Source of the DNA: Eledone cirrhosa
Taxonomy: Eukaryota
Direction of reading: 5' to 3'
Assembly (NCBI GenBank): GCA_964016885.1
Contig: OZ024743.1
Location: 28,334,001-28,398,000 of the forward strand
Length of the DNA stretch: 64,000 nt
In this document: positions 52,504 to 64,000 of the stretch, piece by piece
How the letters are laid out: every line of letters starts with the position of its first letter
How positions within the stretch are numbered: position 1 is the first letter of the stretch
The notes under the pieces: generated by a model
Database searches by the model: none
What the model was told of the DNA's origin: nothing
Seen by the model: only the letters and a program-made list of their open reading frames with translations
Program-made: the position numbers and the translations under genes

Positions 52504-52553
<50 letters not shown>

Positions 52554-52577
52554 ACATATATATATATATATATGTAT

Positions 52578-52731
52578 AACGAAGGAATTGTGCTAAGGAA
52601 CCAGATGGACCATAACGCACCAGAGTACTCAATACTTAGGCTAGTAGAGTGGGTAATAGGAAAAAGTATGACCCCGATGGCAGAGCTCAAGCCGTCGAAA
52701 CGGCTTGAGCTCTGCCGTCGGGGTCAGACTT

Positions 52732-52735
<4 letters not shown>
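52578..52735 (-). mobile_element. Fold-back Penelope-like end, family A copy 3
   Basis: Palindrome centred on AGCCGT-cgaa-ACGGCT; same tail on the left; (TA)n flanks. Confidence 0.75.
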
Positions 52736-52767
<32 letters not shown>

Positions 52768-53654
52768 GTTAAGGCCGTCTTCCTGCTATTTCAAGCGTTA
52801 ACCTGATATATTCCTTCCATATACTGCACCGATTGTGTTGTTATTTCTGTTTACCTTTTAGATACATGTATATATAAGGCCGGATTACAATACCTTGATT
52901 TATTATTGCATAATTACACAATATGTATTTCTGTGCCAGCTCATTTCATCAGACTATAACGCAAGACAATCGGTGATATTATGAACATAAAAGATATAGT
53001 TACATAATCAATTCAGGATCATAGCAAAATATAAACAATGACTTGATGTAGAGGCGGTCCGGTTAGCGATACTATCAATATGATTATCAGCCTCTGTATG
53101 CTCAGATAGTCAACAATGGTTGGCATTGTGGACTAGTAGATGCGACTAGGGAAGGGGGATGTATGTGCGTTTGACAGCGATTCATTCTTGATATGTGACT
53201 ATCAATTAACGCTTGTCGCAGAGCCACCTCAAACCATCTTAACTATAATAAAGAAAGGATTGCGGGACTGCGTCCAGAATATATTTCTTTTTATCTCGTT
53301 TGTAAAATAAGTCGGATTACTTTAAATAAATAATGAATGAATATTACATAATTTATGTACTAAATTTCGTAACTCTTAATTAAATATAAATAATTTTATT
53401 ACTTATTTTAAGATTTAAAATTTTCAAATGTCAACACGCCCGTAATATTATGACATTTATTACATCGCTTATATAAACATTCATATATTTTCGTCGCTAA
53501 TTTTCTCCTAATGCAGTTTATATATAATATCGTTTATATATAATATCTCTTTTTAATGTATCAAGGATTACTTTACGGATTACAGAAGAGAGTGTAACGC
53601 AGACTTCGTTCAGTTTCTGTGTATGTTGTCAATTACGATTTCATTTGATGTATC

Positions 53655-53721
<67 letters not shown>

Positions 53722-54626
53722 CGTATAATATCAACGTGCACACTACACATGCTAGTAGAAAAGCGTCCGAAGGGTGGTTTTTCTACTAGTTAGTTTAATG
53801 TCTTCAACCAAGGTCGGGAAATGCCAGTTGGAGTGTGATAGCCACACAGTTTCTTGGTGGAAACCAACGTAGGCTATCTCTTAAAGGGATGCATTGCTAT
53901 ACGCATTTATAGTGAAAACAGAAATAACAACAAACATAATAATAGTGAATAATTATAGAAGAATAATTATAAAAATTATAAATGGAAAATAATCACAATT
54001 GTAAATAATTATCAAAAGCAAATAATTATTAAAAGTAAATATTTACGAAAAGTGACTAAATATAATTATAATATGTAAGTAATTAATTAAAATAAAAAGT
54101 AATTAGTTTAAAACATTAGTAACTAATTAAAAGAATAATTAATTAATTAAAAGAAATATCGACATGTACACATGTATGGGTCTGTACTAAGTTGATGGTG
54201 AACATCTCCAAGGCGTGACCTTATCGCAAGCTTAACCGACTTAGGGGTTTTAATCCCCCGGGATCCGAGAACGGACTCCATGCATCTGAGTAGATTGAAT
54301 ATATGAAAATAATGGAAAAATACCCGAGACCATAGTTAGGTGTACTCCAAGCACTCAGAGAAGGTAGGAATAATTTCCGGTGTCTGAGTAGGTTATGAAA
54401 ACAGCCAGGCAATCTATTTATGATAGATCACATCTCGGATACCAAAAGCTAGTGAAAGTAACTGTCATAACACTTCTTATATGCGCACCATACGTTACCT
54501 TATGCTATATACTGACGGGAATTATGTAGGTAGAGCCGTATGGTGGGAAATATACTGACAATGAAGCCTCATACCATAGCAATATCAGTAAAAGTGTTAA
54601 TAGTAATACATTATCTACTATTATCT

Positions 54627-54713
54627 TAACTTTGCCTTACGGGGTCGATAAAATAAAGCACCAGGATAAAGCACTGGGATAATTGCTGGCCTTGTGCCAA
54701 ATGTAGAAACTAT
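54627..54713 (+). mobile_element. SINE S1, 3' fragment
   Basis: ccttacggggtcgataaaataaag...gtagaaac. Confidence 0.75.
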
Positions 54714-55170
54714 TATCTTATTTTTATGGTTATTACTAATAAGCACAAGAATAAAATAATAGTAGATAAATATAAAAATTATAGAAGAATATAAAAAAAA
54801 TATAAAAAGGAAAAATAATCACAGTAGTAAATAATTATAAAAAGTAAATAAAACTTAAAAAGTAAATAGTTACGAAAAGTGAATAATTATGATTATATAA
54901 TATAAGTAATTAATTAAAATGATGGTTTCTTTCTTTCTTTATTTTTTGATTTATTTATTTATTCATTTATTTATTTATTTATTTATTAGAATAATAATTA
55001 ATTAATAAAAAAAAATATTCGCATGTACATATGTGTAAGTCTATATTAAGTTGGTGGCGAACATCTTCGTGGCTTGATCTTATGACAAGCTCAACCGACT
55101 CAGGGTTTTCAGGCTCCTAGAATCCGTGAAAGAACAACATGCATCTGAGTAGATTCAATATGGAAATAAT

Positions 55171-55360
55171 TGTTTCTACTTTTGGCACAAGGCCAGCAAT
55201 TACCCAGTACATTACTGCTACTTTATTTTATCGATCCAGGTAAGGATGAAAGGCAAAGTTAAACTCGGCGGGATTTGAACTCAGGCCGTATAGAGGACGT
55301 AACTATGCTGGAAAACATGGCGTCCGACCCTCCACCGATTCTGCCAATCCACCGCCCTTT
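55171..55360 (-). mobile_element. Full-length SINE S1
   Basis: Reverse-complement match to 41236; TSD CAATATG(G/A)AAATAAT at 55156-55170 and 55366-55380. Confidence 0.9.
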
Positions 55361-55440
55361 ACACGCAATATGAAAATAATGTAAAAGTACCTGAGCACTT
55401 AGTTCAGTGTACGCCAAGTACTTAAAGAAGGTAGCTATCA

Positions 55441-55498
55441 AAACCTGAAGATGGGGTAGACTCTGGACTCTGCCGAAAACACCCAGTGTCTAGGTATT
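55441..55498 (+). ncRNA. Degenerate hammerhead-like motif (family F)
   Basis: CTGAAGA-(ggtaga/tctgcc)-GAAA-ACAC-cca-GTGT-C; stem I pairs poorly; lies ~90 nt before the element end at CA/TA repeats. Confidence 0.5.
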
Positions 55499-55604
55499 GG
55501 TTCTGTTAAGCTGACTAGCAGCAAACACGGACGATGAAGACTAACATTTCGGTTGTATTCGTACGACCCATAGCGTTATAGTTATACACACACACATACA
55601 TATA

Positions 55605-55689
<85 letters not shown>

Positions 55690-55691
<2 letters not shown>

Positions 55692-56458
55692 AAAATTAAG
55701 ATAGATTAAAATAATTCAATCAGAATCGAAATTGTGGGTGTCATTCCTTAACGGAATGCGCCATATCGCCCGGAAAATAAGCTCTAGGACTTTGTAGGTA
55801 CGAACATTTAATAATAACTAGGAATTGATCAACATATATATAAATAAATATAAACATGAAAAATCACAGGAGATAATTTCTACAAGCGTGTAACCACGCA
55901 TGGCTAGTAGGTAACAAGTAAATAAAGTTAACTAGAACTTCAAAAATATATACCTTTTAATGATTAATCTTCCCTGTATATATTTCATTAAAGAAATATA
56001 TTTCACCAATTAATCAGATGGTAAGTCACGGAAAGTGGATATTATTGGATTATCAACAAGGAAGAATAATATCAAGCGATCCATGTTTACACTTCGAGTC
56101 AAAATCTTAAACTGGCCGTTACCACGTGTTCATATTACACATCACAGCGGCTTCGTTTCAGTGGCGTGAATAGGTATTCGACAACTAGAAATAGCAGTCA
56201 ATTCCCTTCAACAAAGTTAGCTCTTAATATCCACTTTCCGTGACTTACCATCTGATTAATTGGTGAAATATATTTCTTTAATGAAATATATACAGGGAAG
56301 ATTATTCATTAAAAGGTATATATTTTTGAAGTTCTAGTTAACTTTATTTACTTGTTACCTACTAGCCATGCGTGGTTACACGCTTGTAGAAATTATCTCC
56401 TGTGATTTTTCATGTTTATATTTATTTATATATATGTTGATCAATTCCTAGTTATTAT
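55690..56458 (-). mobile_element. Fold-back Penelope-like end, family D
   Basis: ~233-bp arms 55811-56043 and 56226-56458 (one mismatch seen), 182-bp spacer, ~120-nt tail abutting (TA)n. Confidence 0.75.
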
Positions 56459-56725
56459 ATATGTATATATATATATATAATGTCTGCTTTCCTTCAGTGA
56501 TGAAACCTAATAGATATGTTATCGACGTTGAAAAGATGAAAGGAAATGACTGCATTTTCCCAACATTCTACCTGTCTTTTTATCGATGGACATATACATT
56601 GTCTTCCGCTCTCGCTCCCTTTTCCTCTTCTTCCTTCTCTCTAATTAGATATTAAACACACACATATTTATATATATCTGTGTGTGTGTGTATATGAATA
56701 CGCATATATGAATACACACACATGT

Positions 56726-57625
<900 letters not shown>

Positions 57626-57673
57626 TATATAGTAAGAAGAGGTAAACCGCAGAAGAGTATAACAGGGTACTGA

Positions 57674-57740
<67 letters not shown>

Positions 57741-57741
57741 T

Positions 57742-57779
<38 letters not shown>

Positions 57780-57814
57780 TGTAGTAGTAGTAGTAGTAGT
57801 TGTAGTAGTAGTAG
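57674..57814. repeat. (TAG)n microsatellite
   Basis: Read directly. Confidence 0.95.
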
Positions 57815-57911
57815 TGATGTTGGTAACACCGGTCGCACGAAAGTGATGGTATTGATATATATATATATATATATATATGAGTCTGTGCGTGCGTGCGTGT
57901 GTGTGTGTGTG

Positions 57912-59069
57912 CAGGCGATACATAGAGGAACTGAAGCAGCGCATTGTAGCAAAGAGTGCAAAAATCAGGCGATACGAGAACAGGGTCAGTCAGTATAAAC
58001 AGAACCGCATGTTCGACAACAACCAGAAGATGCTGTTTGGACAGCTTGAGGGGAAAGAAAGAGGCAACGACTTGATCCCTGAGGCGGAACAAACTAAAAC
58101 ATTCTGGAGAGGAATATGGGAGCAGGATGTTAGACATAATGACCAGGCAGGGTGGATTGAGACAGTACAGAGGGAGATTAGTGAACAGGCACACCAACAA
58201 ACTGATTTGAGTATCACAGTTGAAACTCTTAAGGGGCAGGCCAAAAAAATAACCAACTGGAAATCACCAGGCCCAGATGGTGTGCAGGGGTATTGGATTA
58301 AAATTTTAACATCCCTCCACCCGAAACTGACAACCATGTTCAATGACTGCTTGATGTCAGGTGAGGTACCAGAGTGGTTGACAAAAGGTACCACAGTTCT
58401 GATAATGAAAGACCGAATCAAGGGTAATGATGTTACCAACTATAGACCTATCACATGTCTGTCCGTAATGTGGAAACTGCTGACGAGCATTGTGTCTGAG
58501 GAAATCTACCATCACCTCCACACAAACAACTTGTTACCGGACGAACAGAAATGATGCCGAAAGAAGTCACGTGGTACAAAGGACCAGTTACTTATTGATA
58601 AGATGGTAATGAGGAATTGCAAGAGGAGACACACTGGTCTTGCCATGGGATGGAAGACTACAAAAAGGCATTTGACATGGTGCCTCACTCTTGGATCACC
58701 AAAAGCCTGGAGATCTTCAAGGTGGCAGATAACATCAGATAGTTGCTGGACAGGAGTATGAGGTCCTGGGAAACAGAGTTGACATCAACTTGAGAATCCT
58801 TGGGGAGCGTGAAGATCAAGAGAGGTATCTTCCAGGGAGATAGCCTGTCCCCTCTGTTGTTTGTCCTTGCCCTGATGCCCTTGACCATTATTCTGCGAAA
58901 AGTGAGAGCAGGATACAAGTTGGGAAAGGGAGAGCTTACTATCAATCACCTCCTCTTCATGGACGATCTTAAGCTCTTCGGGAAGTGTGAGAAGGAGTTG
59001 GATGTGCTTGTTGACACTGTCCGTATTTTCAGCAGTGATATATGTATGCAGTTTGGTATTAGTAAGTGT
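57912..59069 (+). mobile_element. R4/Dong-clade non-LTR retrotransposon internal fragment (disrupted RT)
   Basis: [81 protein letters not shown]. Contains in-frame stops and a frameshift. Confidence 0.88.
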
Positions 59070-61082
59070 GGACGCCCCTCAACGTCTCCAGTTTGTGCAG
59101 TAATGGCTCGAGAGTCAATACGTACAAGAGGGACGAGAGGGGACATCCTTGGCGGACCGAGCGCATGATGTTGAACGGTTCCGACAGGTGACCGTTCACT
59201 CTCACCACAGAGCAGATGTGGCTGTGCATGGCAGCGATCCAGCCTCTGAAGACGGGCCCAAAGCCAGCCGCCCTCAGGACTGCCGCTAGGTAACGATGGT
59301 CGACCCTATCGAAAGCTTTCGACTGATCTAAATTGATCAAGGACCCACCCGTGCCAGGTTCCCTAGCTACCCTCTCTACGATGTATCGCATGAGGTGGAG
59401 GTTGTCGTGGATGGATCTGTCGGGAATGGCGCATGTCTGCGCCTCTCCCACCAGACCACCAACGACAAGCGCCAACCTCTTTGCTAGCACCTTGGCCAAA
59501 ATCTTGAACTCTGTGTTTAGCAGAGTTATGGGCCGGAAATTATTTATGTTATCCCCCTTGTTCGGATCCTTTCTCAGCAGTGCCACCGCTCCTCGGCTCA
59601 CAGAACTGGGAATTCTCCCGTTCTGTTGCCAGTTGCAGTAGACGTCCGCCAAGAGGCCTCCGAACAAGTCTGGCATCTGTACGTAAAGTTCATAGGGCAG
59701 ACCATCCAAACCAGGCGATTTACACCTTGTGCAGCCAGTCATTGCCTCCCTTACTTCAGCGGCTGTTATCGGCTTTTCACAACACTTCGCCTCAGTGGCC
59801 GAGAGCCGCGGCAGTCCGTCGAGGTAGACACTAAAGTCCATCCCTCGACCCGGCCCACCGCTGCCCCCGAACAGCTGAGCGAAGTGTCGCTGAAAAGCTT
59901 CACATATTTGCCCGGGATCGAGTAGCATGCGCCCGTCGTGGTCCACCAAAGACCGGATCGTGGCTTTGTTGCCACGACGCGCCTCCGCCACTCGGGCCCA
60001 TTGAACGGCTTTCGTCCCCTCGTGTCTGAGAGCACGCACCCTTGCTCTGACAACGCAGCCTTCGTGCTTTGCATTGAAGAATTGGTCAAGGGCCAATTTC
60101 GCCGCAAGCACGTCGGTCGCAATGCCTTTGCTAAGCGCCTCGTCTAATTTTCTAACTAGTTCTCCCTCTGCTCTATTTTTCTCTATTGCTAAAGCCTTAC
60201 TAAACCTAATGGATTCTATTCTAATCGCTCTTTTCAGAGCAAACCACCACTTGTTGTTGACGATGGCCCCCGTCAACGCCCGCTTAACTAGTTCGCTAAT
60301 CCGGTCTCTGTAGGCCTTGGGCGCTGGTAAGGACGCGTTTAGCTTCCAGTAGCCGGGTCCTCGTCTATAAAGCCTATCTAAGTCAAGCACACAGATCACG
60401 AATTTGTGGTCCGTGTAGCTGACTATCTTGAATTGTGGACAGCCTTTGCTAGACCTATTTCCCTACAAAATACTCTATCTAGATATGATCTGGATGACCC
60501 TATGCGATTTGTCCAAGTCCACATTGGCACATTCGGGAAATCCAATCGGTACCTGTCAGACAGTTCAAAACGCCTGAGCAGGTTGGTGAGGCTCTTGCAC
60601 CCTCCACCCCTATTCGCTAATTCCACCCAGTCCCAGCGTGCATCTAAGATCCCGTTCCAGTCGCCCACTAACACTAAAGAGCGGGACGTTCCAAGAAAGG
60701 TCTCCAGACGCCGGAAGAAATTAGGCCGCCCTGCTCCTGTCGGGGCATAGACGGCCACTAGCCTGAAAGCTTGCCCGTCTCCGCTGGTCACGTCCAGCAC
60801 CACCAGCTTACCCTCTGGGTCCAGGAAGATGGCCCGTATGGCGAGATCCAAACCTCTCCGAAAAAGCACAGCAACTCCTCCCCCCGATCCAGGACGGCTG
60901 GGAGATGCGTACACATCGTAGCCGCCAAAGATCGGTGCGAAGGCCCGTGCTTCGGAGATTCTGGTCTCGCTGATGGCCACTACATCTATGTTTAGTGACC
61001 TGAGGTCGTTGAGCAGGTGACCCTGCTTCCATGACGACCCCAAGCCACGCGCATTTATGCTGCCTATTCTGAGTGAGGTCAT
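59070..61082 (-). pseudogene. Frameshifted, 3'-truncated ORF2 of T3
   Basis: INARGL, VGDWN, SYLDRV, one frameshift near 60430, then KSPGLDG, LDQSKAFDRV, VRQGCPLS. Confidence 0.92.
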
Positions 61083-61117
61083 GTTTAAAATAGAGTGGAA
61101 AAGATGAGAAAGACCAC

Positions 61118-63228
61118 TTACCGTACTTTTCGTAGAGGAGGGATGGTTTTTACATCCCTTTTCACTTGATCGTCTGGTGAAGGGACCGTTGAATCGTCCC
61201 TTCGGCTGGTCGTCGGCTCTTCTAAGAGAATGTCTGAATATACTCTTCGATTGATAGTTCCTCCTAGGTCCCTGAAATCACCAACTGCGTTGGGGAATTT
61301 CGTTTTAATGTTTGTGTATTGTTTCTGTGCTATTTTTAGCAGTCTTATGTTAGTTGGCGTTTTGATTGGTGCTGGTATTATGTAGTCGTGTTGTGAAATG
61401 TCTGTGTGTTCAATTATGTAAGTCATTAGTTTCTTGTTGTGTGTATTTATTGCCGTGCATTTGTTTTTCTGGTGGTGGGGGGTGGTTCTGCTATTTTCTT
61501 GTCGTTGTTGCTGGGTGTGCGTGTTTTGTTGTTGTGTTTGCGATGTTGGTGCTTGTGGTGGTGGTGTTGAAGGTGTTGTTGGCGGTGGGGTTGTAGCCGG
61601 TGGTGATGGTGGTGCTAGTGTGGGTGGTGATGGTGTTGGTGGTGTTGCTGCTGTGAGTCTCTTTGCAGTAGACTTTACCCTTTTTTCATTTCTTTCCTCC
61701 ATTTTCAAAGGCGACGATGCGCTGCTTCTGCGTTTGTGCCTTCTTACGACCTTTTACCATCCCTCTCCCACCTCACACTCCATGTCTGATTCTGCGAGGT
61801 CGGGGAGGGGTACCAGCTCCACTCTTTCACTTGTTGTTGTTGGTGATGTTTGCACCGGAGTCTCTGTTGCAGCTGCATTTGGTATTGCTGTTGTTGTTGT
61901 TAATACTTCCACTGCTACTGTTGTTTTTGATTTCAGTGGCGTGGGTATGGGTGCCACGGACCTATCGTTCCTGGTTGCCGCTTGTCCTGTTGCTGGTAGC
62001 CATGGAGCCAGTTTCGGAAGGAGGGGGGTTTTTCTCCTTTCTCAGGGTCTTCTCGTTGCAGAAGGCCCTGAGGTGAGTCTTCGATCCACAGCGAAAGCAT
62101 TTCAGGCGTTTGCCCTCAACACTTATGGGCAGTTGAGTGCCGTTATCGAAGTCTATCACATCCGGGATAGCTTCGATGCACTCCTGGTTGGTTTGGATTA
62201 ACATCTCAATGGAGGTGCCGACCCAATCTTCTCTTACTTTTTTCTGTAGTTGCAGTACAGTTGTTTTGTCCTCGATTCCGACGAGGACAGACGCGGCCAG
62301 CCAAGAAGGGGCCATCCCGGGGGGGACGTGGGTCAGTTTGACCCTCACAATTTTTTGCCCGCAGTAGGAGGGCACCAACACCATTTCCTCGCTCCTTAGG
62401 GTCACTAAGGATTGAGCCTTTGCCTCCTGGGGTGTGGCAAAATGTACGTCTACGGTGGCATATTTCTTGCCTCGGGTGATGTGCGTTTTCCGCTGCCACA
62501 CAGACCCCCAAGGTTTTTTGTATTTGAGCCTCTGTGGCTCTTTCAACCCTGCGGGATTTTGTACTTACTGTACGGTACGTGACCGTATAGTGCTGTTGGG
62601 TTTCGAAAAAATTTTCCGCTGCCTTGCAGAATGCTCGGTGTCTAGTTTTTGTCACCATCTTCTTCGCTTCCTCTAATTCCTCATTTGTTATGAGGATGGT
62701 TTCCAGGTTCTTCGCAATACCTGCACACGCGATTGGTTTTTCTTTGCTGCTGCTGTTGTTGTTGTTGTTGTCGTCAGAGCTGCTGTTACTTTTGTTGTTG
62801 CTGCAGGTACTACGACTACTGCCGCCGCCGCTGTTGCTGTGGTTGTTGTTGTTGTTGCTGCTGCTAATGCTGTTGTTGTTTATGCTGCTGCTGATGCTGA
62901 TGGGGCTGCTACTGTTGTTTTCATTGTCACTGTTGCTGTTGTTATTACGGCTGCTACTGCTATTATTCCTGACGTCAGACGAATGAAATGGGTTTTCGTA
63001 TTTCCCGCACACCTGTTTCGTCGTTGTCGTCGTCGTCGTGGAGAAATCTTGCACGCTTTGCACGAGACTTTTCTTTTCTGTCGTCGCTTGCGAAAGAGAA
63101 GGGAGGGAGAGAGACACATTTAAAGAAGGGAGGGAGAGAGACAATCTTCTCTCTGCTGTAGTGACGATTGAGGAAGAAGAAGACGGAATGAGTGGGAGTG
63201 ACCTATGAAAATTCTTTTTCGTAGCCAT
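61118..63228 (-). pseudogene. Frameshifted ORF1 of T3
   Basis: Starts MATKKNF; contains a Ser/Asn microsatellite tract, a CCHC knuckle and a Pro/Thr-rich region; about three frameshifts. Confidence 0.85.
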
Positions 63229-63443
63229 GTTGTTTTTTTGTTTAAAATAAATATTGGGCACAAAACCCCAATAAGCAGTTATTTAACCCCGAAGGGCCAA
63301 ATAACGAGCAGAAAGACCCCTCTCACGAGGAGGAGGGTGTTTTTGTCTACAAGTTGGTTAAAGTTTTAAACAATTTACAATTGTTATAGCGGTCAAAATT
63401 TACAATACCTTACAGAGCCGAGCCTCCGTCAACCATAGCATTC

Positions 63444-63511
<68 letters not shown>

Positions 63512-63520
63512 TAATAATAA
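63444..63520. repeat. (AAT)n microsatellite; (TTC)n at 29919-29970; ATT/AGT compound at 38753-38828
   Basis: Read directly. Confidence 0.95.
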
Positions 63521-64000
63521 GAAGAAGAATAAGAATAAGGGAAGAAGACGCACGAGGTGGTAGAAGGTCATGAAATCGCTCCCGTAAGTTTTTGATTTTT
63601 AACATATTTAAATCAATTGTGAAATAACAATTCTTAGTACAAATAATGCATAAACCACCGAATCAAGTCTCATAAAATTTCTGATCCATAATATATTGTT
63701 ATATCGCTCAAATATTCAATTTTGTATTATATATTTTATATTCAAAAAAGAAAATGATTATAAATGGAAGAAAATTCCCTCTGTCTACACTATAGAGAAC
63801 AGCCAAATAACAGCAATTTCACCAACACCAGAAACGTGATACACCACCTATCCCATCACACCGCTGTGTACACTAAATATAACAGCCAGATAACGGCAAT
63901 TTCACCACCACCAATCCCAGCATCATAATTTAATTACTATTATTATTGTCTCAAGTTTTAACAAAATGTTTAATTCCAATTTCACGGGAATATCTCAACA

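Larger units (their letters stand above)
53720..55584 (+). mobile_element. Probable Penelope-like non-coding 3' region with two diverged tandem units, interrupted by SINEs
   Basis: Roughly 53925-54365 resembles 54745-55433 once the SINE is removed; ends in a hammerhead-like motif plus tail; (TA)n at both ends. Confidence 0.5.
59070..63443 (-). mobile_element. Tx1/L1 copy (T3, a different subfamily) with intact 5' end, truncated within RT at the 3' end
   Basis: ORF1 pieces 62206-63228, 61962-62546 (CFRCGSKTHLRAFC), 61754-61957, 61118-61708. ORF2 pieces 60423-61082 (APE) and 59059-60399 (RT up to QGCPLS; YADD missing). 5' flank is (AAT)n from 63444. Confidence 0.92.

Noticed and set aside
54510-54560. 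Hammerhead-like CTGACGG...GAAATATAC
   Set aside because: Core mismatch and no convincing stems I or II.

Overview
Gene-free, AT-rich, microsatellite-dense eukaryotic DNA. The repeat inventory (tRNA-derived SINEs, Tx1/L1, R4/Dong, RTE, Penelope-like elements) suggests an invertebrate, probably an octopod cephalopod; this is inference only. No host gene could be supported. The window holds one apparently intact Tx1/L1-clade LINE (15224-21042; ORF1 with CCHC knuckle, ORF2 APE-RT-CCHC, 15-bp TSD in (TCTA)n) and four damaged relatives. It also holds R4/Dong and RTE relics, a mariner relic and MITE, a non-autonomous Helitron, and many SINEs. The main observations are: (1) several families of short Penelope-like ends inserted in (TA)n, many built as fold-back palindromes, several carrying complete type-I hammerhead ribozyme motifs; (2) a 2.8-kb non-coding hammerhead element with both terminal direct redundancy and an inverted arm; (3) a 5' splice-donor consensus overlapping the ORF1 stop in all four Tx1 copies that keep the junction, with an in-frame AG downstream, suggesting an ORF1-ORF2 fusion mini-intron; (4) different retroelement families using different microsatellite targets. 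All alignments and folds were done by eye, so boundaries of degenerate elements are approximate.
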